From assembly GCF_009914755.1 (NCBI RefSeq), contig NC_060934.1: a stretch of DNA of 64,000 nt; one strand, written 5' to 3'. Made by a program: the position numbers and the translations under genes. Positions 22,900 through 35,610 of this stretch are shown here, one piece after another. The notes beneath the pieces were generated by a model. That model saw nothing but the letters and a program-made list of their open reading frames with translations, did not search any database and was not told the origin of the DNA. Within the stretch, counting starts at the first letter, position 1; each line of letters opens with the position of its first letter. The DNA comes from the human T2T-CHM13v2.0 reference genome, Homo sapiens.

Positions 22900-25060
22900 A
22901 ACCTGAGAACACTTAGGCATAAGCCCTGATCAGCCAGTCACTAGTTGTACAACTTAGGCAAGTTAGCTAACCCCTCTCAGCCTTAATTTCCTGATCTGTA
23001 AAAATGAGGATAATGATAATAGGTACCTTTCAGGACTGTGCAAAACAAATTAAATGAGCTAATATATATGAAATGGCCCAGAACATTACTGAAGTTCAGT
23101 AAATGTTAGATTAATGTAAATGTTAGATTAATGTGAATGTGTTCTCACCTGTTCACAGGCAGGGATGTCTCTAAGGTGACCATTCAAGGGATCCAGGCAT
23201 TGAATGCCCTCTGCTAGTTCAAAAGTCATCTCCAAAGGCTCTTGGCACTTCTTAGTTCCAAAGTCAATAAGATCCTGAAAAGCAGGTATAGAACTAACCG
23301 TAAAGAACAGGACCTGTTTTATAAGTTACTATAACTAACATAAGCTGGTGAGTGTGCTTTGTGAGCTAGCTGGTTGTAACTTTTGTCTCTAACCATTAAA
23401 AAGTCAGCTTTAAACCCTGATGCTTTGTCTTATGAAAACACAAGAAGGCAATGGAAGTCACCAAGCCAGAATTTCTAAGCCTCTTTTACTCCAGGTGTCT
23501 TTCCCATTATGATAACAAAGGTCTAGAGGAAGGGTGGCAAATGCATGAGAAGTGAGGCTGCCATGCCCTCCTAAGCCTGTGGAAGACACTACAGATTCAC
23601 ATGGCCTGTTTCCAGTGAGCCCTGACATGACCTCGACAAAGTGTTCCTGGCAGGCACTGACAATGAATTTGAGTTGAAGCATGAGAAAAAAAATCCATTT
23701 CCTATCCCTAAGGATTGCTGAGAAGGAAGAACAACAAACTTCGCATGAGCTCCTCACTCTGACCATGCCGGTGTGCTCAACCCAAAGCCTAAAGAAGATA
23801 AATTATCCACTTTTTCCCTTTTTGGTTCCCCCACCCTCTTCCCTCGACTCTGACCTGTCCTAAGCTCCATCATTCTTTGGCTATTTGGAAACTGACTCCA
23901 TGTATTCAGTGCCACCAGCTGGCTAATTAAATAGAAGTGTCTGTCTGTAGCTTTCTCCATGAAAAATATTAATGAAAATGTTCTATTTTGTGTTCTTTCC
24001 TTCTCCTAAAAGAAAGTACAACATAATTCCCTTATGATAAAAATGTATTTCACAATTCAAGATGACTGTTCACAAGGCAGAGCTATTGTCTCATAGATGA
24101 AGAGACTTGGGTTTGGAGAGGTTAAGTGACTTGCTACATGTCACTCAGCTAAATGACAAAACTGGGCTAAAAGCCAAGTTTTTAAAATTTCAGTTGAGAC
24201 CATGTTCTGCTCCACCAATATGCCTACCTGAACAGCTAAGATGGCTCCAACCCAGAACAATTAATATCATTGTTGACAGTATAACTCACTAAACATTGGG
24301 ATAGAGACAAACTGAACATTTTCTGCAGAAGGCATACATTCTCGACAACAAAAATATGTGAACATAGGCTTCATACTTGCTCTTTGAGTTTTGTTTTGTT
24401 GTTCCTATTGCAATCAACTTACTGCATCCCATAATAAAGAACTCAGGAAAAACAGGAAGGATTCTGGTAAGAAAGGAAAAAAAGAACTCAAAAGGAAAAT
24501 GAACAAACAGCAAAAAAAAGAGAAATATATTCTTTTAATTGAAGATATGCTTTAGACACATGATAGAAATGTCTAGAAAACCAGGAGCTCCTGTAAACAT
24601 AGATGAGACCAAAATGTAAGTTGTTAAGAATAGAGATCTGGTGCAAGAGTGCCTGGGTTTTATCTCTGTATCTACCACTTACAGAAGGTTAGTTAACCTC
24701 TCTAAGGTTAATTTCCTCTTTCTGTAAAGAAAAGATAGTAATTGTATAATTTCACAGTGGTTTTGGTACATGCAAGACAATTTATATAAAGTCTTAAGTA
24801 TAACATCTAAAATTATTTCAAACACTAAGTTAGCTATTATTGTTACTAATATTATCATTTGCACTAGATAGGATTCATATAATGAGGGCTGTTTTCCCTG
24901 TTATGCCTCTTCTCTTTGACCTTGTGCAAATCACTTATCTTCATCAAGCTCCAGTTTCATCTTCTGTAGACAGACACAATAACAGCAGCCCTACTTACTT
25001 TACAAAGTCCTTAGAAGGATCAAATGTGATAAAATAGTACAGAGTGTTTTGTAAACAGCA
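22900..25060. mobile_element. Cluster of MIR fragments (about 22900-23110, 24090-24215, 24620-24850, 24910-25060)
   Basis: MIR core motifs, e.g. GGCAAGTTAGCTAACCCCTCTCAGCC and GAGAGGTTAAGTGACTTGC. Confidence 0.7.
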
Positions 25061-25249
25061 CATCACCATTCTTTAATCACAGTCTTTTCTAATTCTAACC
25101 AGGTCTCATATTAATATATTAGTTAAGCAACTAAAGATTTCAAGGAGTGTCAGGCTGAAATCATCCTTAGCCCTTAGCTGGATGAAATGTGCATGTGTTT
25201 ATGTGAGAATGGGCTGTGTTTTAATATCCTTCACTTATACCTTTTTATC

Positions 25250-26100
25250 TTCACTCACAGATGTTGAGTACCCAGTATGTGCTAGGCACTTGAGTTACAA
25301 TGGGGTCATATAGTTGACAAGGCAGTCTGAGGCCCTGTCTGTTGCATACTTAGGTAAGCAGTTGGAAGTTGCATGTAGGAAGCCAGAGTGCACAGCGGGA
25401 GGACTGACGCTTATCTGGGAGGGGCAGGAAAGGAGATTGATGAAAATGACATTTGAGATGAAAGCTGAAGGAGGAGGAAGCATTAAAGACGCAAAGGGGA
25501 GGGAGTTTCAGCAGTGGGAAAAACTAGTACAGAGGCTCTGAAGGAAGAACAAATATGAAGCATTCAAAGGACCAAAGAAGACCCATATGAATGGGATTTA
25601 GAATGGAGGGTGGGGAGAGCTCAGAATTAAAGCTGGAAAGGTAGGCAAGGGTCAGGTCTAACAGACCAAGTCAGAGGTATTGACCTTTATTCTAAAGGCA
25701 ATTTTTAAAATCCACAAGTTTAAAATAAAAATTAGCAGTTTGAAAAGATCACTGGCTAACACGATGGGAGGGGCAAGCGTGGATGCAGGAAAAGCAGTGA
25801 GAGCATGGGCTACTGTACTGGTCCAGGCAGTGACAAGGGCAGTTCCAGAAAGCACCAAGACAAGGGGGATAGAGATAAGTGGTCTGATTTAAGAAATACT
25901 CAGGAGGAGACAGCGCAGAACTTGATGCTGGATAAGCTGAGGGGTAGGAGAGGGAGATGTCAAGGCCAGCTCCTCTATTTCTGCTTTGAGCAACTGAAGA
26001 GAAAATGGACTTTGTCTCTGGCAACAAGAATGTAGTAGACAATGAACATGTTTAGTTGACTGTGAAGCATCCAAGTGAATGTATCAAGCCAGCAGTGGAA
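25250..26100 (-). mobile_element. LINE-2 fragments
   Basis: GTTGAGTACCCAGTATGTGCTAGGCACT, GAAAAGATCACTGGC, GTACTGGTCCAGGCAGTGA. Confidence 0.75.
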
Positions 26101-27054
26101 TAGAGTGGCCCAGAATACGTAGAACTTTGAACCAAAGTGAGCTATATTTGTTTGTGGATAAAATCTGTAGAACTCAGGGGAAATGTTCTCTCTAATGAGG
26201 GACAGAGAAGAAATGACTAGCAGGAAATGGGTTTCTCTCCTGCTCAAAAGTCAGACACATTGAAGACAAGATCACTACTTTTAGTTCACTCCCCTCCCCT
26301 TCTCCATTCAAAAACTGTCACTGCTCTGATGATGTCACCCTTCTCCCAAATGTATTTATATGCACAAATGGGTGTTTATGAAGCTTTCAGATTCTCTTTA
26401 CTGGTAGGGAACGTAGTTCCTTATCAGGACAACAAAGATTGACATTTGACAGACAGCAGGAAAAACAAGAATTAAAGCAGCAAGGCTTTCTAATTCCCTC
26501 TAAAATTATTGGCTTTTTCTTACAAGCAAGGCTGCCAGAGTTTGCAATTGTTCAGAAATTGCAGCACCGAGAGAGTCTTCTGACTGCAGCACCATCTCAG
26601 AAGCTTTTTTTGCCCAGGCCAGCCTATGCCCACAGCTGCATTTCTCACTTCTTCTCAACCAGCTCCTCTCACCCACCTCCTCTGAGCTAGTCGCTCATGA
26701 CCCCTGGGGGCCAGCTAGTGTACCAACAAGAAGCCTAGAAAAGCTTAGGGAAAAGTCTGTGGTTAATGCTTTCCTTATCCTTAGCCCTTCAACTAAATAC
26801 TCCTGTGTGATGTCAGGCTTTGCTTTTACTAGATTTGTATTTATTGACAATTTGCTAGAGTTTACTTAACTGTAACCTGAAATAATGTCCCTTTCCTCCT
26901 AGGATTTTCTTTGGGAACTTAAACAAAATAACATATTCATCATAAACAATAGATGAATAAAAAGGAGATGCTTTTTTCTCTATTTTAGAGTACTCTGTAA
27001 AGTTCATGGAACCATCTGAATCAGCATCACCTGGCAGGCTTATAGCAGATTTTA

Positions 27055-27352
27055 GGCCAGGCGTGGTGGGTCACACCTGTAATACCAGCACTTTGGGAGG
27101 CCAAGGTGGGTGGATCATTTGCAGTCAGGGGTTCGAGACCAGCCTGGCCAACATGGCAAAATCTCACCTCTACTAAAAATGCAAAAATTAGCCAGGCGTG
27201 GTGGCAGATGCCTATAGACCCAGCCATATGGGAGGCTGAGACAGGGGAATCACTTGAACCCAGGAGGTGGAGGTTTTAGAGAGGCGAAATCATGCCACTG
27301 CACTCCAACCTGGGTGACAGAACGAGACTCTGTCTCAAAAAAAAAAAAAAAA
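27055..27352 (+). mobile_element. AluS inserted in a MER5-like fragment
   Basis: Alu dimer with poly(A). The flanks read ATCAGCATCACCTGG...CAGATT. Confidence 0.93.
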
Positions 27353-27496
27353 TCAGATTCCAGAAGCTCCTTCCACTCACATACAGAGCCCAGATTTGTA
27401 CAGTGCAAGATAGAATCTTATTTCCCCTTGGCCTAAGGAGCCATTTCTACCTGTGTACTGCAAACACTGAAAAACCTGGACACTTTTGGTCTGAGA

Positions 27497-27674
27497 TGTG
27501 CATTTCTCAACTTCAGCTTCAAATTGGATTCACCGGGGGAGCTTTGTAATGACACTGATGCTCAGGGCTTCAATCAGACTAATTAAATTAGAACTTCTGT
27601 GCATGGGGCCCAAGCACCAGTACTTTAAGAAGTGCCAGGTGGTTCTGTAATATAGCCAGAAATGAGAACCACTG
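27497..27674. mobile_element. MER5 (hAT-Charlie MITE)
   Basis: TTTCTCAAC...GAGAACCACTG termini. Confidence 0.75.
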
Positions 27675-27695
27675 GTTTCTATTTTACTTACTAAG

Positions 27696-28054
27696 TGTAT
27701 TAGTCCATTTTCATACTGCTATGAAGAAATACCCAAGACTGGGTAATTTATAAAGAAAATGAGGCTTAATGGACTCACAGTTCCACATAGCTGGGAGGCC
27801 TCACATTCATGGCAGAAGGTGAAGGAGTAATAAAGGCACATCTGACATGGCAGCAGGCAAGAGAGCATGTGCAGGGGAACTGACCTTTATAAAACCATCA
27901 GATCTCATGAGACTTACTCACTATCATAAGAACAGCACAGGAAAAACCCACCCCCATTATTCAATTACCTCCCACCACCCTCCCACAACATGTGGGAATT
28001 ATGGGAGTTAAATTCAAGATGAGATTTGGGTGGGGATACAGCCAAACCATATCA
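27696..28054 (-). mobile_element. THE1 (THE1C/D-like) solo LTR
   Basis: TG...CA termini and an exact 5-bp TSD CTAAG. Confidence 0.93.
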
Positions 28055-29539
28055 CTAAGCTACTTGAGAATTCTATCACTGCTTTAAAATCCATTAATAT
28101 GTAGCTACTCCCCTTCTCTTTCACTGGCAGTCAGTCAGCCTTCTTCCATCTTGGATACCTATCTCCTTTTTAGTATTAGAACCTTTACAACATAGAACAA
28201 GCTAATTGCTCCACCCAATATTTACCTATAAATAGCACTGCCCTATTGACATTCTCCTGCTTAGAAATTCTGAGTGCATTGAGGCCACTATGAGACAGGG
28301 TTGGATCTGGGAGATAGTCTTGACCCCCCAGCTTCAGGAGAGCAGGTAGAGTCTCCTCCTCCACACGCTGACCAGGTAGACATTGTGGCACTGAAAGGGA
28401 GTCTGGCAGGTAAAAAGGAGCTCATAACCTTCGGGAGGACACCTGTGTTGAGGAATTGCTTATATCTAAAAACAGCTTCTGTAGCAACATACCAAACTCT
28501 GGCTTTGTATAGTCTGTCTTAATTAAACTTCAGTTGCAGCCTAATGGGATAAAATGGGATAAAAAAGGTAAACTAACAGAAGATAATTGCTAGGGGGAAA
28601 AGGAAGCTAAACTTTAGACAGCAGATCTTATTGGTACATGGAAAACCAAAACAGGCAAGTAGCCAGAGAAAACTTGAAATATGGAAACTCTAATGTGTGG
28701 TTCTCCGGTTCAAATCTTTCTCTCTACTAAATGGCAAATGTCATGGGCAGAAGGTGGAAGTAGGACTTTTCATTTCTATATAATCAAGCTTATAATTTCC
28801 TTTCTTGGGAGTAGGTTTTGATAAGGATGGGAGAAAGCACAGACCTCCATGAACTTGGGGAGGAGGTATAAAAGGAGAAGGATATGGAAGGTGTCAAAGC
28901 CATTACCAAGTGATAGTTTTGGGAAGAGAGTTTTCTGTTTTGCAGTTCACCCTAGAACAGGCATATTATAGCTCCCTTTGCCCCAGATCAAATCAAGAAA
29001 ACTAGCTCTCAATGTCAATGAGAGAGAGTAATCAAGAATCTGAGAAGGATTCTCCATGCATCTTGAGACTCTTCCTTAGGCTGACCTGATTTTTAATCTT
29101 TCCTCCTGGGGCCTCTCCTATCTCTTCCTCCCCTGTACTGTGTCCTGCCCAAATAGAGACTATGCTTCTTTTAACATCCACATGCCTCTGTTACATCTTC
29201 CCTGCTTGTGATGCCGAACTGTGTTGCAACTACAGTCTATTTTCCTTTTCCGACACACATGGTCCAAACTTTATAGCCAATAATGAGCTTCAAAAACTTT
29301 GTAACTCAAAGAAACCATAAAACACCGCTCCACAAATTTCTCAGGCAAGATCCATGGTTGGCGAACTGATATATTCACTTTGCCCAACAGGGATTTAACT
29401 TCTGATCCTCTCTTTTCCTGACTGTGGAAAGAGCAAGACTACATGGCAGGAATGAGCCTCCAGAGAGGGCCCGGACAAACACCAGATGAATTAAAATATC
29501 ACCTTGATTACAGTGTACATATGTCCTATTTCTTTTTTA

Positions 29540-29909
29540 TTATGTCTTTCTCTGTTCTAATAATATGTCCCATTTATTTTAGGGAAGCCCAGTCCAGATA
29601 GTTTAAGAGGAAGGCATTAAATGGACATGTGGATCTTTATTTTTGGGGAAGAAACCTAAGAGGAAAATCTGTACCCATATAAACAGCCAAAAAAACCATA
29701 ACAGCCATCTATTTCCTCATTTCATTTTATGTCTTTCTCTGTTCTAATAATATGTCCTGTTTATTTTAGGGAAGACCGTCCAGATAGTTTGAGAGGAAGG
29801 CATTAAATGGACATGTGGATCTTTATTTTGGGGGAAGAAACTGACGAGGAAACTCTGTACCCTCATAAACTGCCAAAAAACCATTAACAGCCATCTATTT
29901 CCTCATTTT
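29540..29909 (+). repeat. Tandem duplication, 187-bp period, two copies
   Basis: TTATGTCTTTCTCTGTTCTAATAATATGTCC...ACAGCCATCTATTTCCTCATTT at 29540 and 29727, with scattered mismatches. Confidence 0.95.
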
Positions 29910-30899
29910 CTTAGGTCCTAAGGGAAAACCCCAGTGGAAACCAACACTAAATAAGAGAATGGATAAAACTGTTTTGGGGAAATTTGAGTATGGGGAGAGG
30001 AATGGAGATTGCCCTGGGGAGGGCATAAATAGTGCCTCTCTGAATTTAATATGTGATGTCCAGAGGGACCTAAATGAAACACAGATTCTAAAATAAATTG
30101 TTTGAAAGGCACTTCAGAAACATGGAGGTTATGAGAAAGAAAATTTTGATTAAGACTCACCAGCCTGGATTCAGTAAAGAAACACTGTTCTTAATACCTG
30201 CTGTAGCCTTTTAAGTTGTCTTTTTATTCGCATGACAATGAGTCAGGGCAATACACTCATATTTTTCAAAAACCTTTCGACATAGTTTAACTTCTGGAGA
30301 TAATAGCCAAAGCAAATGTCACAGAATAAAGGATAAAAAAGCTTTATGTAGAAAAGTCCTAGGTACGGGAGATTAAAGAGAGCCCCAGGTAACTCCAGGG
30401 CTCATGGAATGTGGATGGCTGATCCTGTTTCTAATGAGGCCAGGAGGAAGATCACATTCAAGCCCTTAAAGAAAAAATTGCTATCTCTGGGAAGATACCT
30501 CTAATTCCACCCAAACTTCCCTAAAATGTGTTGCTTTGGTCATAGAGCATAGAGAAGGATGAAAGAAGGCGTACAGAGAGTTTAAGACCATGTCTGCTCC
30601 TAAAGCAGTGACTAACCAGACCTATTGTCAGATATACACTCCAGATGTGTTACCCTAGCCAGCCATTTCCAATTGCTTCCTTCCTGCAAATCTCTACGAA
30701 AGTCTCATTCAAAGGTTATCTTTTATAAAAACAGGTGATAAATAAAGGCAGCTAGAGCTTGGGGAGCACTCTATCTTGAAGAGCTCATCTATCAAGTTCC
30801 CTCTAATTCCCCTCCTTCCTTGCTTCTTCCTCTGCAGAAGACTCTCCTTCTACCACCTGACATGACACCTCTGGAGGTAAATGCCCAGTCCTTGATGAG

Positions 30900-31350
30900 A
30901 CTCAAGGCCCTGTCCCCCTAACTTCCCATCCATAGGCATGGACCTTTATGAGTTGTTCACTACTTAAGCCAGATCTACAACCTTTGTGATTGGTCTGGAG
31001 TTAGACCCCTGACCCAAGCTGGACAAGTCATATATCCTCCCAAAATAATTGAGAAGTGCAAATTAAAGAGAGCTAGGTAGTCTCTGCTGTGGCTTAGGTA
31101 TTACATTAAAAACAAAAATGAAGTCATCGAGAGACAATCATACCTCTCCATGTAAAGTAAGAGGTAGAGAAAGCTGAAGGGCAGAGAAAGAAGAATGAAA
31201 AATGTATGTGCAGAGAAACAGAGATGGAGAGAGTACAAATTGAATTGCTAATTCCTATTTTCTGTCCATTGTTGTCCATAAAACGCCCCTATATCTTTAT
31301 ATCTAAGTCATCTCTTTGTTCAGGTTGGCTAGAATCGTTTCCTCCTTGAA
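30900..31350. mobile_element. Old MaLR LTR (MLT1K/L-like)
   Basis: GATTGGTCTGGAGTTAGACCCCTGACCCAAGCTGG motif. Confidence 0.55.
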
Positions 31351-34186
31351 ATCACTCCCCTCGACTAAATGCAGTCCCCTGTTCTCTCCTTTCTAATCTC
31401 TTCCCTCACTATGGATGCTTTTATCTCCCATATCTTTCTAGTTCCCTGATTCCCCACCTCCTATTCCCTAAAAATGCTGGCTTGGCAGTGTACTGCCATT
31501 AGATCTGGAAAGCCCTGGTATTTTATTATTATGAAGAGACTAAGCTGAGGGTAGAAGAATCTATTCATCTCCAAGTTGCCAGTGAACTCTGAGGCATCTT
31601 AGTTATTAGTGAGTTGAGCTGAAGAATAAAAACAATTTTCAAGTGCCCTTAGGCAAAAATATGTCTTACCTACCAATTCCGCAATCCCTGAGAGGATCTG
31701 GAAGCCATAGGGATTGTACGTTTCTAAAAGGCAACATACAGAGACTAAATTATACTTTCTATACATCCTTTTCATGTGTTCTGGGAAGTGCTGGGGTTTT
31801 TTTTGTGTTTTGCGGGAGGCGGGGGTTGGCCAGATTCTCAAGGCCCTCCCTCTCTGAAAGTTTTCTATATTATGACATGGTTTCCAGGATGCCTCTAGTT
31901 TCCCAGGGAAAAGAGCTGATCACCATGAGTTCCTAGAAAACTATGAAATGTCATGGATTTTCAAGCTATGTGCCATAAATTAATCCCTCCAGAGATATAA
32001 ATCCGGATCTTTAGTTATTAGTAGATAGCCCAGAAGAATACCTTCTTGGAATCTGAATATTTCCAAATCCTAATTTCCAGAGACTCTCCAGCCTTCTGTA
32101 TTGTTTCATATATTCATTCTTTCATGTATTAAAAAAAATATGAACATCTACTATATCCCAGTCACTACCATATGTTACATTGATGCAACGAGCAGAATTG
32201 TCCAACGGCGACCTGGGGAACCAACTGAAACAAGGTATTTTGCTTCCCCAGCAGATGGTGTTGTATCTGAACTTATCTCTTTTGGAACGAGGGGCTTCCT
32301 TTCCCACAGAGGATGCTCTAACTTCCCAGGGGCCTCAAGTGCCTCAGGAACTGATCACCTGGCTTTTCCACATAACTCCTTTAAACAGCTGACACTCAAA
32401 TCCAGACTGCCTGCTAGCTAAATAATCTTATTATCTCCACATTGAGGAAGCTGCTCTCTAAAAAGAGAAAGCAATAATGGGAAGGGCTCCTCTCCTGGAA
32501 CAGAGAAAAGTATCATGGAGTTGGTAGAGCTTAATTTGGATGAGATTTTCAAGGAATGATTGGTTAATGAGGGAAAGACAAACTGTTGCCTGATGGATGT
32601 AAAGGGCCTCCCAGGCATGTGGAGAACTGAGAGAAGGACAGTTTAGACACAGGGCATAGCCCAGGTGATATCCCTAGAAAATAAGGGGCGTATGGACTAA
32701 AGGAGCTCGAGGGAGGCCAGTGTGGCTGAAGCAGGGTAGAGCAGGGAGAATGTGGTTTGAGATGAGACTGTAAAAGTACTAACCACAGCTAGCCACTATT
32801 CAAAGTCCACAAACCATTCTGGTTTAGTCTCTGGCATGAAAGAGAGTCTACCTTTCATAAGAATCCCAAGACTAGAGTTGAAAGCAGAGCTATCACTGTT
32901 TTTCAGCTTGCTAGTCCATGAGCATACTTTCATAAAGCAGTCTCCTATAGTGGGAGTACTCCCTCCTCCATATATTTTCTATCATTTAGAAAGGATGGGT
33001 TCAAGAAATATCCCTCCCACTGCCATGGTACTTGCATACCAAACTTGCAACCAGAATGGTGATGATAATGCTCTGGATGCTGGTGATTATAACCATTAAT
33101 AACTAGCATTCATTGATCTACTATGTGTCAGGATCTAGGTGAAATACTTCATACTATATATGATTTAATCTTCATGAGCATATATCCTTGTCACAAAGCA
33201 GAGTTAGGGGTATGAGAGAGTATCTCTGAGAGAAAGTGGTTATAAAAGGTCATGTTTTTTTACAGTACATTTGTCATAGTGGCATGATAAATTGGGTGCC
33301 AAAACATGTTTCCATTACAGAATCATTGTTTTAGAAATAAATACAGGAATGTTTAGGCATGTCCTTGGACTGGACTTGGGAATACATGGTTCACAAAACA
33401 AACACGCTTCTTCCCAGCATTCTTCAAACAAGAATCCCAAAATCTGGCAACTGAAAGAAATTTTATGATGAAATAATTGGAACTCTCTTAAAGGGAAAGT
33501 CTTGTGGTCCTCAAGTCTGGAAGGCAGAGCAAAACTGGTTGTATTTTCTTCCATATAAGGAGTATGAAAAAGAGAGGTCCACTTCTTTAAAAACTTTTGA
33601 TCTTGCTCTAGTCCAATCTATTTTCCACATTGCAGCCAGGACTTTTGTTCCGAAACAAAAATACAGGTTCTTAAAAATTACCTTGCTAAATTTATTTATA
33701 AAAATAAAATTATTCTCCCCATTTTCAATGCCTTCTTCATTCCCAGATGTTGAATTAGTGCAGCTTTGAACCCCTGGAGAATGCTCTTCTCAAAGCACAC
33801 CCCAGGCATCTTCTGGTGCCCGTGATGTCCCCTAGAACTTCACCAGCTGCCTTGGCCATACTCCTAGACAGACCTCAGAATGCTCTTGACTCTCATCTCT
33901 ATCCTCTCTTTAACCTTGGATTGGCCTCATGTGGTGATTTCCACCATAGTTCTGCACCTGCCTCACATTGGTCAAGTTTAGCCCTGGTTGAGTTTAGCCC
34001 TAGTGCTTCTCATGAATAGTGACCACATCTTTCTAATCAGTTTGTCCAGAAGTGCAAGTGAGACATGATCTTGAAGAATTGTATCCTTTGATTTTGTTCA
34101 GGCATGAGTTCTCTGGAAATCACCTTCAATAATAATTTTCAGTGCAAAAGCAACTTTATTAACATAGAGAAATTTGGTATGATCTA

Positions 34187-35610
34187 TGATATAGTTTGTC
34201 TTTGTCCCCACCCACCCAAATCTCGTTTTGAATTCCCACATGTTGTGAGAGGGACCCAGTTGCAGGTAATTGAATCATGGGGGCAGGTGTTTCCCATGCT
34301 ATTCTCATGATAGCGAATAAGTCTCATGAGATCTGATGGTTTTAAAAAGGGGAGTTTCCCTGCACAAGCTCTCTTCTCTTGTCTGCTGCCATGTGAGATG
34401 TGCCTTTTACTTTCCACCATGATTGTGAGACCTCTCCAGCCACATGGAACTGTAAGTCCTTAAACCTCTTTCTTTTGTAAATTGCCCAAGCTTTGGCAGC
34501 TTCCATGTGGTGTTGAGCTTGCCAGTGCACAGAAGTCAAGAAGTGAGGTTTGGGAATCTCCACCTAGATTTCCGAGGATGTATGGAAACACCAGATGCCC
34601 AGGCAGAAGTTTGCTGCAGGGAAGGACCCTCATGGAGAACCTCTGCTAGGGCAGTGCAGAAGGGAAATGTGGGGTCGGAGGCCCCACACAGAGTCCCTAC
34701 TGGGGCACTATCTAGTGGAGCTGTGAGAAGAGGGCCACCGTCCTCCAGATCCCAGAATGATAGCTCCATCAACAGCTTGCACCATGCACCTGGAAAAGCC
34801 ACACTCAACACCAGCCCATGAAAGCAGCCTGGATAGGGGCTGTAGCCTGCAAAGCCATAGGGGTGGAGCTGCCCAGGGCCCTGGGAGCCCACCTCTTGCA
34901 TCTCACATGACCTGGATATGAGACATGGAGTCAAAGGAGATCATTTTGGAGCTTTAAGATTTGACTGCCCCACTGGATTTTGGACTTGCATGGGGCCTGT
35001 AGCCCCTTTGTTTTGGCCAATTTCTCCCATTTGGAATGACTGTATTTACCCAATGCCTGTACCCCCATTGTATCTAGGAAATAACCAACTTGCTTTTGAT
35101 TTTACAGGCTCACAGGTGAAAGGGGCTTGCCTTGTCTCAGATGAGACTTCATACTGTGGACTTTGAGTTAATGCTGAAATGAGTTAAGACTTTGGGGGAT
35201 TGTTGGGAAGGCATGATTGGTTTTGAAATGTGAGGGCATGAGATTGGGGAGGGGCCAGGGGCAGAATGATATTGTTTGGCTGTCTCCCTACCAAAATCTC
35301 ATCTTGAATTCCCATATGTTGTAGGAGGGACCTGCTGGGAGGTAATTGAATCATGGGGACAGGTCTTTCCCATGCTGTCCTTGTGACAGTGAGTAAGTCT
35401 CATAAGCTCTGATGGTTTTAAAAAGGAGAGTTCCCCTGCACAAGCTATCTTCTCTTGTCTGCCACCATGTGAGGCATGCCTTTCACCTTCCACCATGATT
35501 GTGAGGCTTCTCCAGCCACGTGGAACTGTAAGTCCATTAAACCTCTTTCTTTTGTAAATTGCCCAGTCTCAGGTATGTCTTTATCAGCAGTATGAAAACA
35601 GACTAATACG
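34187..35610 (+). mobile_element. THE1A-like MaLR provirus with internal deletion (5' LTR 34187-34488, internal 34489-35266, 3' LTR 35267-35610)
   Basis: Two homologous LTRs, THE1-int sequence, and TSD ATCTA/GTCTA. Confidence 0.92.

Noticed and set aside
23099-23140. 17-bp tandem repeat; similar short ones at 28543-28563 and 45429-45470
   Set aside because: Ordinary slippage duplications.
34342-35496. Several overlapping ORFs up to 132 aa
   Set aside because: THE1 LTR/internal sequence.
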